DNA from: an uncultured Phycisphaerales bacterium | Lineage (GTDB): Bacteria > Planctomycetota > Phycisphaerae > Sedimentisphaerales > Anaerobacaceae | Length of the DNA stretch: 64,000 nucleotides | Direction: 5' to 3' | NCBI GenBank assembly: GCA_963718665.1 | Contig: OY970359.1 | Coordinates: 1,472,001 to 1,536,000, forward strand | Part shown: piece after piece, positions 9,844 to 20,398 of the stretch | How the letters are laid out: every line of letters begins with the position of its first letter | How positions within the stretch are numbered: the first letter of the stretch is position 1 | Translations under genes and position numbers: made by a program | The notes under the pieces: generated by a model | Seen by the model: the letters and a program-made list of their open reading frames with translations, nothing else | What the model was told of the DNA's origin: nothing | Databases searched by the model: none

Positions 9844-11079
9844 ATGGTAAACGACAGTACCAGCTACGACACGATGTTCGGCAAAATAGCCCTCGACCAG
9901 GGACTTTGCACCAATGAAGAGCTGAGACGGTGCATCGATGAAATCGATAACCGCCAAAAAACCAACCCCACCCTACTCAGAGACCTTCTTGTCGAAAGGG
10001 GTTACCTCACAAAGTCACAGGCAAGCCGAGTCATCAACACCATCAAAGAGGCGCGCGGATCCACTGCGACCCATCAGATACCGGGCTATATGATAATGGG
10101 TAAATTAGGCGCAGGCGCAATGGCGGTAGTTTACAAAGCCAGGCAACTGAGTTTGGATAGAATTGTAGCCGTCAAGGTCCTGCCAAAGCGTTTTTCCGAA
10201 AACAAAGAATACGTGGAACGATTTTATAAAGAGGGTAAGGCCGCGGGCAAACTCAATCATCCCAATATCGTTCAGGCAGTGGACGTCGGCGAATCGGGCG
10301 GACACCATTACTTCGTAATGGAATACGTCGAAGGGAAAACCCTTTACGATGATTTGGCGGCAGGCAAAGTTTACGGCGAGAAAGAGGCGCTGGACGTTAT
10401 TATACAGGTAGCCGAGGCCCTCAGGCACGCTCACTCAGTTGGTCTTATTCACCGCGACGTAAAGCCGAAGAACATAATGATTAACAAGGAGGGGATAGTA
10501 AAACTGGCCGATATGGGTCTTGCGAGGCAGACGACTGACTTCGAAGCGGCCAAGATGGAGAAAGGCAAGGCGTACGGGACGCCTTATTATATTTCCCCGG
10601 AACAAATACGCGGCGAAATAGACGTTGACGGCAGGGCGGACATTTATGGCCTGGGCGCGACGTTCTATCATCTGGTAACCGGGCGCGTACCTTTTATGGC
10701 CGACGACCCGATGGAAGTAATGCGAAAGCATTTGAAAGACCAGCTTGTCCCGCCCGACCATATTAATACTTCGCTTTCCGCGGGCGTGTCGGAAATCATC
10801 GAAGTTATGATGGCCAAAGACAAAAAAAACCGGTACAGCAACATCGAGGAGCTGCTGGTTGATTTAAAGGCAGTCCGCGACGGCGGATCTCCAATGCGGG
10901 CACACAGACGAATGAACGTGTCTGAGCTCGAAAAGCTGGAGGACGGCGAGGTGGTCGAGGAATCGGAAAACGTTGACCTCGAACAGTCCGTCACGCGATA
11001 CAAGACAACCGTTCTTGTTCTGGGAGCCATGGCAGGTTTTCTGCTGCTGATTGTTCTTCTCCTGCTGTTCCGCAAATGA
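9844..11079 (+). CDS. Hanks-type Ser/Thr protein kinase with C-terminal TM helix
   Basis: LGAGAMAVV, VAVK, HRDVKPKN, DMG, GTPYYISPEQ. Confidence 0.95.
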   Translation: MVNDSTSYDTMFGKIALDQGLCTNEELRRCIDEIDNRQKTNPTLLRDLLVERGYLTKSQASRVINTIKEARGSTATHQIPGYMIMGKLGAGAMAVVYKARQLSLDRIVAVKVLPKRFSENKEYVERFYKEGKAAGKLNHPNIVQAVDVGESGGHHYFVMEYVEGKTLYDDLAAGKVYGEKEALDVIIQVAEALRHAHSVGLIHRDVKPKNIMINKEGIVKLADMGLARQTTDFEAAKMEKGKAYGTPYYISPEQIRGEIDVDGRADIYGLGATFYHLVTGRVPFMADDPMEVMRKHLKDQLVPPDHINTSLSAGVSEIIEVMMAKDKKNRYSNIEELLVDLKAVRDGGSPMRAHRRMNVSELEKLEDGEVVEESENVDLEQSVTRYKTTVLVLGAMAGFLLLIVLLLLFRK

Positions 11080-11138
11080 ACCGATTGCGGTCAAATTTGA
11101 ATTTTCGGTTAACCCTTAATCACTAATCGTAATTATCT

Positions 11139-12164
11139 ATGGCGACAGGTGCGCGTTTTACGTCAGAAGAACTGGCAGATGTCCTCAGCCGGTATGATAT
11201 CGGCAAAATCCGCAAGGTAATGCGTCTTGTGGGTGGCAGCAAACACGCGCCTAAAATCGTTGTAACGACCAACCAGGGAAGGTTCCTCCTCAAACGCCGC
11301 CTGCAGGATAAAGACGACGTATATCGGGTCGCATTCGCACACGCCGTGCAGTCGCACTTGGCCAAACGATATTTCCCCGTCGCACCGCTGGTCGCTGCAC
11401 GGGATGAATTTGGAACCATACTGCAGCTTAGCAGTAATATATATGAGCTTTTCAAATTCGTGGGCGGTACCCGTTATTCCGGCTCAGCCGAAGCGACAAT
11501 CGACACGGGCAGACAGCTCGCGAAGTTTCACCAGTACCTGACCAATTTCAAATTCGAGTGGGAGCCGCTCAAAGCGAGTTTTCACAATTCGACGATGGTG
11601 AGGAGGCATCTTAAAACCATCGCCTCGGACATTTCGCAAAGCGACGAAAGGAAGCTTCACCGCTGCGGGGAAGAGCTGATGTCTCTTTACAACAGCGCCA
11701 GCGTGCAGGTTAACCAGCTTGACTTCGACTCCTGGCCCAAACAGGTCGTCCACGGCGACTGGCATCCGGGAAATATGCTCTTCAACAAAGATAAGCTTGT
11801 CGCTGTGCTTGATTTTGATTCCGTGAAAATCGCCCAGCCGGTTACTGATTTAGCCAACGCTATGCTTCAGTTCTCTCTGGTCGGCTATCATCCCAATCCT
11901 GCCGACTGGCCCGATTATCTTGACCAGGCCAAATTAGTCCAGGTCCTCGAAGGTTATCGTGAGGTTATCAACCTGGATAAATACCATCTCGCTTCGCTTC
12001 TGGATTTAATGATTGAGACAATGATAGCCGAGGCAGTTTTGCCTATCGCCGCCACGGGATTTTTCGGCAATCTTAAGGGGACGGATTTTCTGAATATGAT
12101 TGTTCGCAAAGCACGCTGGATTAACGACAACCGCAAAATCCTCACCGCGGCTATTGAATCGTAA
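11139..12164 (+). CDS. APH / homoserine kinase type II-like phosphotransferase
   Basis: HGDWHPGN and LDFD motifs. Confidence 0.85.
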   Translation: MATGARFTSEELADVLSRYDIGKIRKVMRLVGGSKHAPKIVVTTNQGRFLLKRRLQDKDDVYRVAFAHAVQSHLAKRYFPVAPLVAARDEFGTILQLSSNIYELFKFVGGTRYSGSAEATIDTGRQLAKFHQYLTNFKFEWEPLKASFHNSTMVRRHLKTIASDISQSDERKLHRCGEELMSLYNSASVQVNQLDFDSWPKQVVHGDWHPGNMLFNKDKLVAVLDFDSVKIAQPVTDLANAMLQFSLVGYHPNPADWPDYLDQAKLVQVLEGYREVINLDKYHLASLLDLMIETMIAEAVLPIAATGFFGNLKGTDFLNMIVRKARWINDNRKILTAAIES

Positions 12165-12221
12165 GAAACCTTTTTGCGCATCACCGCCAGCCGACGCAGA
12201 AAGAATCAATACCTTCTCAAA

Positions 12222-12821
12222 CTAAGGCATCCCGGCCGTGGTGTGGCCAATAGCAAGATTGGTTGTGGAGATTACCTTGAAGTCGGCCTCAGACGGGCCT
12301 TTGATGCCCAAACGGATTGGTGAGCCGCAGCAGTTTTCAAGGGCGACGAATTTGAAATTATGCAGTCCTTTTTTCAATTCGACGGCTGTTATAATGGGCT
12401 TGTCGTATGAGGCCCGGATATCGAGGTCGCTGAACATAACGACTTTTTCATCGATAATCAGCGCCGACGCGATACCAGCGTCGTAAGAAAGAGCAAACTT
12501 CCATTGGCCGGATTTTTCCGCGTTGAATGAAAAGGTTGTTACATAAGCGACATCCCTGTCGGGCCTGCCGAAGATGTTTTGCCCGTTAAGTCCATTGGCC
12601 TCTTCAACCTCGGCGCAATTGTAATCCGCGCTGTCGGCAAGAATATTGTTAATATCATTGATATCGTGCGACCGTTTTGCGACGGATACGTTATACACCT
12701 CAAAAAATATGCTTTTGTCGGAGTCCTTGTCGCAATTGGTTTGGCCTGCACAGGGCATAACAACTGCCGGTATTAACACAAAATATAAGAACATCCTCAT
12801 AATCTTCCTCTTTTCCTTCAT
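12222..12821 (-). CDS. secreted protein with PA14-like beta domain and CC motif
   Basis: Signal-like N-terminus; WKFALSYD...LKKGLHNF...ENCCGS. Confidence 0.55.
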   Translation of the reverse strand: MKEKRKIMRMFLYFVLIPAVVMPCAGQTNCDKDSDKSIFFEVYNVSVAKRSHDINDINNILADSADYNCAEVEEANGLNGQNIFGRPDRDVAYVTTFSFNAEKSGQWKFALSYDAGIASALIIDEKVVMFSDLDIRASYDKPIITAVELKKGLHNFKFVALENCCGSPIRLGIKGPSEADFKVISTTNLAIGHTTAGMP

Positions 12822-12919
12822 TTAATTAATCATCGGTTATGCGTCTTGACCATCGATAACGTCAATAGTTTATACGACTGAGGGTTCAACATTCAATCGA
12901 ATTTGAAAAATCCGCAAAC

Positions 12920-12950
12920 AAAAACCCCCGGCAAAAACGACCGGGGGTTG
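12920..12950 (-). terminator. intrinsic terminator downstream of the EF-G paralog
   Basis: aacccccgg/ccgggggtt stem with adjacent A-tract. Confidence 0.7.
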
Positions 12951-12974
12951 ATACTCAAGCATAAATAAATTTCT

Positions 12975-15008
12975 TTATTCCGCAGTATGTTTTGGTTTAG
13001 CGTAAGCAGCAACGACGTTCGCCTGGATGTTCGGCGGGACGGGTTCATAATGACTCAGTGACATTGAGTAGCTGCCACGGCCGCCCGTAACCGATTTCAA
13101 CTGGCTGTTATACTGCGTAACCTCAGACAACGGCACCTGCGCCTTAATAAGCAGCATATTGCCCGGCAGCATATCCTGCCCCAGCACCCTGCCCCGCTTG
13201 CCCGCGAGGTCGCCCGCGATATCGCCGATGTTCTCAGCCGGCGCGGTTACTTCGATATTGACTATTGGTTCGAGCAGGACCGGCCTTGCTTTTTCGAGCG
13301 CTTCAAGAAACGCGCCTTTGCCTGCCGCCCGGAACGCCACTTCCTTTGAATCGACCGGATGATACTTGCCGTCGTAAACGGAAACCTTCACGTCCTGCAA
13401 CGGGAAACCCGCGACGAAACCGTTTTCCATAATCTCGTTGACGCCTTTCAGCACCGCCGGCTCGTACTGGCCTGGAATCGACCCGCCGAAAATGTCCCAG
13501 CTATATACCAATGGCGGGTCGGAATTTCGCGGCGCCGGCTCAATGCGAAGATAAACCTCGCCGAACTGCCCCGCTCCGCCCGTCTGCTTCTTGTGTCGAT
13601 AATGACCTTCCGCCTTAAGAGTAATCGTCTCGCGGTATGGTATCTTCGGCTCCTTGGTGTTGACCTTGAGCTTCGAACGGTTTTCCATTTTTTCGAGCAT
13701 CACACGAAGATGCAAATCGCCGAGACCGTTGAGAACAAGCTCTTTGGTTTGGGCATCCCTTGTAACTTTCAGGCAGGGGTCTTCCTCGCAAAGTTTCTCC
13801 AGCGCCGTGCCGATTTTCTGCTCATCGCCTCTCGCTGCCGGCTCAAGTGCCAGCGCGAACATCGGCGAAGGGGCCTCGGGCATTTCGAATTTGCCTGCTA
13901 TTTTGCCATCGCCAATCACGTCCCCAACCCTAAGATCCTCAATTTTCGCAAGCGTTATAATGTCACCCGCAACGCCCACGGGGATTTCCTGTGTCTCGCC
14001 GCCCTGAGATTTCAAAATGTGGCCCGGTCGAACGCCCTTTTTGTCGTCGTTGCGAATCATATTCGTGTCGGATTTAATAGTCCCGCTGAATATGCGTATG
14101 GATGAAAATTTCATATTCGACCTGGGGTCAAACGAAACGCGGAACACCAGGCCGGCAAGCGGCCCCGCGGGGTCTGCCGGAAGCACCGTTTCCTTGTCGC
14201 CTGCCTTTAGTTTTGCCGGCTCCGCCTGTGCCGGCGACGGGGTATATTTCACGATAAGATTCAAAAGCCCCTCAATGCCCACTTCTTTTCTGGCGTTCGT
14301 AAAAACAATCGGAACAACGTTCCCGGCCCGCAACGCCTGGACAAAAACCGCCGAAACCTTCTCCGCCGGTATCTGCTCGCCGCCCAGGTAGCTTTCCATA
14401 AGCTTGTCGTCCGCCTCGATTACGCTTTCGATAAGCTCCGTATGCGCCTGCGCAACATCCATAACGGGCGATGTGCCCGCGCTGTTTTCTATGCAGTCGA
14501 TTACTGACGCTTTGTCCGCAGCAGGCAGATTCGCGCATCGGCACTGCGTCCCGAAAAACTCCTGTATGTCCTTAATTAATCGGGGCAGCTCCGCGTTTTC
14601 CGCGTCCATCTTGTTGATGACTATCAGCTTGGCCTTGCCGGTCTTTGTCGCCGTCTCGAACACTTTGCGGGTTACGGTTTCGACGCCTGATGCAGCGTTA
14701 ATGACGATTACGACCGTCTCCGCGCCGACAATCGCTTTTATCGAAGGCCCTATGAAATCAGGATACCCCGGCGTATCGATTATGTTTATCTGCTTGCCCC
14801 CGTACTGGGCGTGAACCACCGACGACTTTATCGAATGGCCGTGTGCCTTCTCCTCATCGTAATAATCGCAGATACTGGTCTTGTCATCTACGCTGCCTAA
14901 TCGATTGGTCGCCCCTGTCTTGTGCAGTATCGCCTCGACGAGCGAGGTTTTGCCTGCGCCGCCGTGACCCATTATTACTATATTGCGTATATCGCCGGTA
15001 TTTGCCAC
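12975..15008 (-). CDS. fusA: elongation factor G-like GTPase (EF-G paralog)
   Basis: GHGGAGKT, DTPG, NKMD, KKQTGGAGQFGEV, DGKYHPVDS; GTG start after GGAG. Confidence 0.9.
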   Translation of the reverse strand: MANTGDIRNIVIMGHGGAGKTSLVEAILHKTGATNRLGSVDDKTSICDYYDEEKAHGHSIKSSVVHAQYGGKQINIIDTPGYPDFIGPSIKAIVGAETVVIVINAASGVETVTRKVFETATKTGKAKLIVINKMDAENAELPRLIKDIQEFFGTQCRCANLPAADKASVIDCIENSAGTSPVMDVAQAHTELIESVIEADDKLMESYLGGEQIPAEKVSAVFVQALRAGNVVPIVFTNARKEVGIEGLLNLIVKYTPSPAQAEPAKLKAGDKETVLPADPAGPLAGLVFRVSFDPRSNMKFSSIRIFSGTIKSDTNMIRNDDKKGVRPGHILKSQGGETQEIPVGVAGDIITLAKIEDLRVGDVIGDGKIAGKFEMPEAPSPMFALALEPAARGDEQKIGTALEKLCEEDPCLKVTRDAQTKELVLNGLGDLHLRVMLEKMENRSKLKVNTKEPKIPYRETITLKAEGHYRHKKQTGGAGQFGEVYLRIEPAPRNSDPPLVYSWDIFGGSIPGQYEPAVLKGVNEIMENGFVAGFPLQDVKVSVYDGKYHPVDSKEVAFRAAGKGAFLEALEKARPVLLEPIVNIEVTAPAENIGDIAGDLAGKRGRVLGQDMLPGNMLLIKAQVPLSEVTQYNSQLKSVTGGRGSYSMSLSHYEPVPPNIQANVVAAYAKPKHTAE

Positions 15009-15445
15009 TTTCGGTTCTCCAATAATAAGGTTACAACCGCCTGTCCGCCATAAAAGCCCTAAAACAAACCAGTATAGGAAAAAACCCCGCGTAGAACAAG
15101 CCCCCTGTAAGGAAAAAATCCGCCCGGCTGACACACCCTAAAGCCGGCCGTTTCTCATCAAATGCTGGTCTTAAACATTCTTGTTTCAAACGGAAAAATT
15201 TTTCGCTATTGCAAATTTTTCCTCCGCCCCCTAAGCAGACCCTTCACGATGTTTTTATTGGACATTCACGACCCCCCAAACACCCCCATCCCATATATTG
15301 TGTATCAGGCCATCGGTTTACTGTATGTCGGGGTTTTAGTTATGGGGCGTTGATGTTGCCTTTGCAGGAGCGACTCAAGAAAATTCGACTTCTGTGTCGA
15401 TACTGCGAACAGCCATTAAGAATTTTTATTGAAGGATTTTGTGAT

Positions 15446-15595
15446 ATGAGCAAAAGGGAATTGATTGATTGCATCTGCGAGATAAACAAGTCCGCAAGGC
15501 CGGATTTCCTGGCAAAATTCTCAGAAGATGAGCTAAAGGCCTACCTCGAACACTTAATGGAACTGGACCTCGAAGAACTGCTCGTCTGTGCCTGA
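15446..15595 (+). CDS. small hypothetical protein (49 aa)
   Basis: MSKRELIDCICEINKSARPDFLAKFSEDELKAYLEHL after GAAGGA and a sigma28-like promoter. Confidence 0.7.
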   Translation: MSKRELIDCICEINKSARPDFLAKFSEDELKAYLEHLMELDLEELLVCA

Positions 15596-15705
15596 CAGGC
15601 CCAATCGGCTTACGGAGAAGAAAGAAATACTCCCTGGAGGGGGGCCATAAAATACCAAATCAATTAACCACAAAAATCATCGTCTCTTTTACTCTCGCCG
15701 GAAAA

Positions 15706-16749
15706 TCATTGCTTTGGGGCCTGCTCAGCGGGAACCATCGGCGGTACCTCCGCAATCGCGTTCGCCCTTAGACCTATCGCCACGGGTTCAGAATCCTTTG
15801 GCACAGATAACACGAAATCAATCCATAACGTGCCATCTTTTACGTCCTTGGGATTAAGTGGAATTTCTTCTTTTGGCCCTACCTTCTTGACCTGGTCTCC
15901 CGTGAGATAGCCGATTAAGTCAGCGGTAACAGCGCTGCCGCCCAGACGCTGTTTATCACCCTTATCCACTTTTTTGCACATAAAGCGCAGTTGATTTGTC
16001 GCCAAAGAACCTTCCGTTAATATTCTGCCGGCTAATCCGACGCGCGTGATAATCAACTCGTAGTCGGTGATAGGTGGTATTGCATCACCGCTGGTGTACT
16101 TAAGCCCGGCTGGTGCGGGCCAGGCCGCCGTTTTCGCCGGTGTAGTTATGACGCCGGGGTCGGTGCGGACTTTCACTTTAGGATTGAGCCGGTTGAGGTA
16201 TAATTCGTCAACGAACCCGGCGTGCAGAACCGCGAAACTCTGCGTTCCGCTTGCGCTGCCGCCGCTGATAATGCCGAACAATCCTGCCAGAAAACCGTCA
16301 GGATTAAGTAACGCGTTGGCCGGTTTTTTGAGGTCGGGCCTGGAGGCGTCGAATCGCTGATAAGGATAACCGTCGGGCAGCGGTGATATCGCCGCGCCGA
16401 TTAACAGCACGCCAGAAACAACGTAACCAAGCAAAAGACCAAATACTATCCGCCCGACTCGCTCTGGCATAACGCCGAAATCGATTTTTTGTTTGGTAAG
16501 CGTGATGGCGGCGGTTTGAAGAACCGCGAATGTAATTACAAATAACATTCCGAAGCAAACCGGCTGGGCCAAATCAACAAGCATCTCCTGCTTGATTACT
16601 ATTTCCGACAACTGCTCATACCACCACAACGCCACAAAGCTTGCACACAACGCCGCAATAAACATCTCGAATGATTTTACCAAAGTACCCTTGAGATACT
16701 GGACCACGGCGCATCCCGCCATAATTATTAGTATCACTGCGCTTATCAT
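15706..16749 (-). CDS. CvpA-like membrane protein with C-terminal extracytoplasmic domain
   Basis: Four N-terminal TM helices; last gene of the pilT operon. Confidence 0.65.
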   Translation of the reverse strand: MISAVILIIMAGCAVVQYLKGTLVKSFEMFIAALCASFVALWWYEQLSEIVIKQEMLVDLAQPVCFGMLFVITFAVLQTAAITLTKQKIDFGVMPERVGRIVFGLLLGYVVSGVLLIGAAISPLPDGYPYQRFDASRPDLKKPANALLNPDGFLAGLFGIISGGSASGTQSFAVLHAGFVDELYLNRLNPKVKVRTDPGVITTPAKTAAWPAPAGLKYTSGDAIPPITDYELIITRVGLAGRILTEGSLATNQLRFMCKKVDKGDKQRLGGSAVTADLIGYLTGDQVKKVGPKEEIPLNPKDVKDGTLWIDFVLSVPKDSEPVAIGLRANAIAEVPPMVPAEQAPKQ

Positions 16750-16805
16750 TACAACCTCATTTTCACATTAACTTTTGTGCCGAGCGTTCATCGCCCGGCT
16801 CTGTT

Positions 16806-18464
16806 CTATTGTTCGGCTGTCTTCTGCTCCTTCGATTTTGAAAGAACTCTCACCGTCTCGTTTATCGATGTAATCCCCGCGATGACCTTCAGCAGTCCCT
16901 GCTCCTGGAGATACAGCATTTTAGCCCGCCTCAATTCGGTTCCAACGTCTGAAAGCGACTTTGCCTGCTTAATCGCGTTTCGCAGATGGTCGTTCAACAT
17001 AATGGTCTCAAAAATGCACATTCTGCCGAAGTATCCTGTTTCCTGGCAGCTTTCACAGGGGAATGGTTTTCCCCGCTTGTCGTAAACCACTTTGCCGGTG
17101 CGATAAAGGACCTTAGCTCTCTCTGCCGGGATGTTGAACTTGTGCAGAAGGTCGCTGTTCGGTTCGTATGCCTGTTTGCACTTCTCGCAGAGCTTTCGAA
17201 GCAAACGCTGGTTGCACATTCCCAGAAGATGCTCAATTGCCTTATTCTTGTCGCCGACGAGCTTAATCCATTTGGCCAATGCCTTGAGGGCATTTTCCTC
17301 CTCGATGACGACGTAAACAAGCTTGTTTTCCGCTGCCCCACAGGCGATTTGGGCTGTTTCGACGTCCTCACAATCCGCGACACCAACAATGTCCGGGTCC
17401 ATACGTACCATCGACTGAAGCTTTCTGCCGTATGTAGTTATGCCGCTGTCGCCCAGAACATAGATATTTTGCGTTATGTTGGGCAATTTGCCCGACGGCT
17501 GTCTCTCTAACGTCGTTATGCCGTTGAGAAACGCATCGTGACTCCGCAGCAGCGTATAGAAAGTCGTCGTCACGCCGCTGTTTTTGGGGCCCGAAACGAT
17601 AAACACTCCCTTTTTAGTGCCATGCAGCGTCCCGAGCTGTTCGAACTGGTCGGCGGTCAGGCCCAGGTCGCTGAGCTTGGTTATATTCTGCTGGGTTACC
17701 AGTTTCGCTCGCATTTGCTCGCCTGCGTTTGACCCGGCGGTCATCAACTCCCAGTCGATTCTCTTGCCCTGTTTGAAAATCGTGAACTTGCCCTTCTGCG
17801 GTTTTCGCTTTTCCTCCATATCCAGGTTAGCCAAATTTTTCACGAAGCGAAGCAGGTAGTCCATCTGATCTTTAGCGACAGCCGGCTGCTTCATAGCCGT
17901 CCCGTCGATGTAATACACGACATCGTAATTTTGCGGCGTCGGTGTGCAAACAATGTCATACGCTCTGCGATACAATGCGTCATCAAACAAGCTGTATGCC
18001 GCCTTGTATCCGAAATAGTCCGGCGTCTTCGCCTCGGGCACAGAAACCTCGTTGTTGTTGGCAGTGATAAACACGTAAGCCGCGACCGGCTCTTTCTTTT
18101 TTATGCTGCCCAGGAGCATATCTTTGATGTAGTCCGCTGTAAGCACACGCTGAAACTCGGGAACCGCCGCATTGCGGTGCATAACATAGCTGATGGTTGC
18201 GGCGCCTGTTGCGATAATATAAAACGCAAGACCTATAGCGAAAATCGGAATCAGAAGCCAGATAAGCCCGGCCGCGGCCCATACCCCGAAAACCACTCCC
18301 GTCCAGAACGTATATTTTGTTCCTATCGCCTCGGCGTCCTTATAGACCCAGTCGATAATGAACAACCAGCCGAAATATAAAATTAAAAATATGGCAAACT
18401 TTATCGGCGATACGTATCCGCCATAAACAATAGCTGCTAAAATGTCAGGCATAACATACTCCAT
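16806..18464 (-). CDS. GspE/PilB-family ATPase-like protein with N-terminal TMs and degenerate Walker motifs
   Basis: RKPQKGKF, GPKNSGVTT, RMDPDIVGVAD, QRLLRKLCEKC...CESC..GYFGR. Confidence 0.85.
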   Translation of the reverse strand: MEYVMPDILAAIVYGGYVSPIKFAIFLILYFGWLFIIDWVYKDAEAIGTKYTFWTGVVFGVWAAAGLIWLLIPIFAIGLAFYIIATGAATISYVMHRNAAVPEFQRVLTADYIKDMLLGSIKKKEPVAAYVFITANNNEVSVPEAKTPDYFGYKAAYSLFDDALYRRAYDIVCTPTPQNYDVVYYIDGTAMKQPAVAKDQMDYLLRFVKNLANLDMEEKRKPQKGKFTIFKQGKRIDWELMTAGSNAGEQMRAKLVTQQNITKLSDLGLTADQFEQLGTLHGTKKGVFIVSGPKNSGVTTTFYTLLRSHDAFLNGITTLERQPSGKLPNITQNIYVLGDSGITTYGRKLQSMVRMDPDIVGVADCEDVETAQIACGAAENKLVYVVIEEENALKALAKWIKLVGDKNKAIEHLLGMCNQRLLRKLCEKCKQAYEPNSDLLHKFNIPAERAKVLYRTGKVVYDKRGKPFPCESCQETGYFGRMCIFETIMLNDHLRNAIKQAKSLSDVGTELRRAKMLYLQEQGLLKVIAGITSINETVRVLSKSKEQKTAEQ

Positions 18465-18483
18465 TGCGGTATAAATTCTGTCC

Positions 18484-19626
18484 TCACAGGATGCCGCCTT
18501 TTTCCGTGCGAATACCTTTGAGGGCCATTTTCAGCTCATCCGGGTTGGGTGCGTATTTATATGCGTCCTTCGGCTCAACGTAGCCGTCCATTATCAGTTT
18601 CACCAAGCTGTCGGAGAGGTCCTGCATCCCGTCCTGGACGCATGAGCGAATCAGGTTCGGTATCTCCGCCTCACGCTTCTCGCTTATCAGCTTGCGTGCT
18701 TCGGAATTGGCAAGAAGTATCTCGTTGGCGGGCATCCGGTCAACGCCCTGCTTGACGCACGGCAGCAATACCTGGCTGATTATTGCCCGAAGCGTTACGC
18801 TCAGCGTCTGCCTGGCAAGTTCTCGCTCGACCTGCGGGAACAAATCCACCAATCGCTGAACCGCCTGCGCAGCGTTGGTTGCGTGAACCGTCCCGAACAC
18901 CAAATGACCCGTCTCTGATGCCCGCATACCCGCCGATACCGTCTTGGCGTCGCGTAATTCCCCGATAAACACAACATCAGGGTCCTCTCGCATCAGGTAC
19001 GTCAACGCCTGGTCGTAATCAGGAACGTCAATGCCGACCTCGCGCTGTGAAACTAACGCCTTTTTATCCTTGATGTAATACTCAATCGGGTCCTCGATTG
19101 TAACGATATGACAGGAATGCGAGGCGTTGATGTAATCTATCATTGATACTGCCGTTGTCGTCTTGCCGCTGCCCGTAGGGCCTACTACCAGCACAAGCCC
19201 CTGGTTGCTGTCGGCTATCTTTTTCAGCATCGCGGGCAGGTAAAGCTGCTCTATCGTGGGCACGTCCGTATTGACCCTTCTGGCTACCAAACTCACCATT
19301 CCACGCTGCCGGAATATATTTACGCGAAATCGGTCCTCTTCCGACACCCCGTATGAAAAATCAAGCGTCCCATTTTTGGCGAAAGATTGCCTCTGCTCCT
19401 CGCTTAGTATCTCGGAGGTCAACTGCTCAAGGCGCTCCTCAGTCAACGTCTCACCCGTTGTGCTGCGAAGCTCATCCTGTATTCGCAATCTGGCCGGCTG
19501 TCCCGCCTTAAGGTGTAAATCACTGGCACGTGTCTTTATCGCCACACGGAAAAACTTGTTTATCTCCGGCTCTCGCTTTTGCGATGCGTCCTGCCCAGCG
19601 ATTTGTCCCGAATCGTCCATAATCAA
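18484..19626 (-). CDS. pilT: PilT/PilU-family retraction ATPase
   Basis: ASDLHL, GPTGSGKTT, TIEDPIE, REDPDV..GELRD, ETGHLV. Confidence 0.9.
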   Translation of the reverse strand: MIMDDSGQIAGQDASQKREPEINKFFRVAIKTRASDLHLKAGQPARLRIQDELRSTTGETLTEERLEQLTSEILSEEQRQSFAKNGTLDFSYGVSEEDRFRVNIFRQRGMVSLVARRVNTDVPTIEQLYLPAMLKKIADSNQGLVLVVGPTGSGKTTTAVSMIDYINASHSCHIVTIEDPIEYYIKDKKALVSQREVGIDVPDYDQALTYLMREDPDVVFIGELRDAKTVSAGMRASETGHLVFGTVHATNAAQAVQRLVDLFPQVERELARQTLSVTLRAIISQVLLPCVKQGVDRMPANEILLANSEARKLISEKREAEIPNLIRSCVQDGMQDLSDSLVKLIMDGYVEPKDAYKYAPNPDELKMALKGIRTEKGGIL

Positions 19627-19824
19627 ACCGAAATTTGCGGCATTTTTCCGCCTCTAACCGGCTTTTGTACCCAACGAGGGGCATTCACCCATTGTATTAT
19701 AGGCCATTTAATATAGGATATTTACAGCGATTTGTCAACCGCGACAACCTCATTTTTTACCCCCCCCCTTTGCCGCCCGATTGCCTTTACTTTTCCACCG
19801 AGGGTCTGTATTATATCCTCATCC

Positions 19825-19896
19825 GCCGATGTAGCTCAATGGTAGAGCACGGCTTTCGTAAAGCCGGGGTTATGGGTTCAAGTCCCGTCATCGGCT
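19825..19896 (+). tRNA. tRNA-Thr(CGT)
   Basis: Cloverleaf; anticodon arm CGGCT-TTCGTAA-AGCCG; GGTTCAAGTCC T-arm; TTTACT-N17-TATTAT promoter upstream. Confidence 0.95.
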
Positions 19897-19959
19897 ATTG
19901 CGTTTTGAACCAATCACCACCGCGAGATGGCTTATCGATAATTTATTTGGAGCTGGATT

Positions 19960-20394
19960 ATGAATAACGCGGATAAAGCGGCAGGGATATTCAAAGAGGG
20001 TTTTTCGTGTTCGATGGCGGTGCTTGCGACCTACTGCGAACAGTTCGGCCTGGATAAAAACCTGGCATACAAGGTCAGCTCCGGCTTCGGCGGCGGTATG
20101 CACTTGGACCAGACCTGCGGAGCCGTAACCGGCACATTTATGGTCCTCGGTCTCAAATTCGGCAGAACAAGGGCCGACGATATCGAAGCCAAAATGAAAG
20201 TCGCCAAATTAACAAATGAATTCGCCAAAAAATTCAAGGCGCGACACGGCTCAATCCGCTGCACCGACCTAATCGGCTGCAATATCAGCACCCAGCTGGG
20301 TTTCGAAGAGGCCCAAAAGAAAGACCTTTTCAAACAGCTCTGCCCCAAATACGTAATATCCGCCGCGGAAATTTTAGATGAGATGCTCGGTTAA
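19960..20394 (+). CDS. C_GCAxxG_C_C family putative redox protein
   Basis: FSCSMAV, GFGGGM, TCGAVTG, GSIRC, C-terminal Cys. Confidence 0.9.
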   Translation: MNNADKAAGIFKEGFSCSMAVLATYCEQFGLDKNLAYKVSSGFGGGMHLDQTCGAVTGTFMVLGLKFGRTRADDIEAKMKVAKLTNEFAKKFKARHGSIRCTDLIGCNISTQLGFEEAQKKDLFKQLCPKYVISAAEILDEMLG

Positions 20395-20398
20395 TTAT

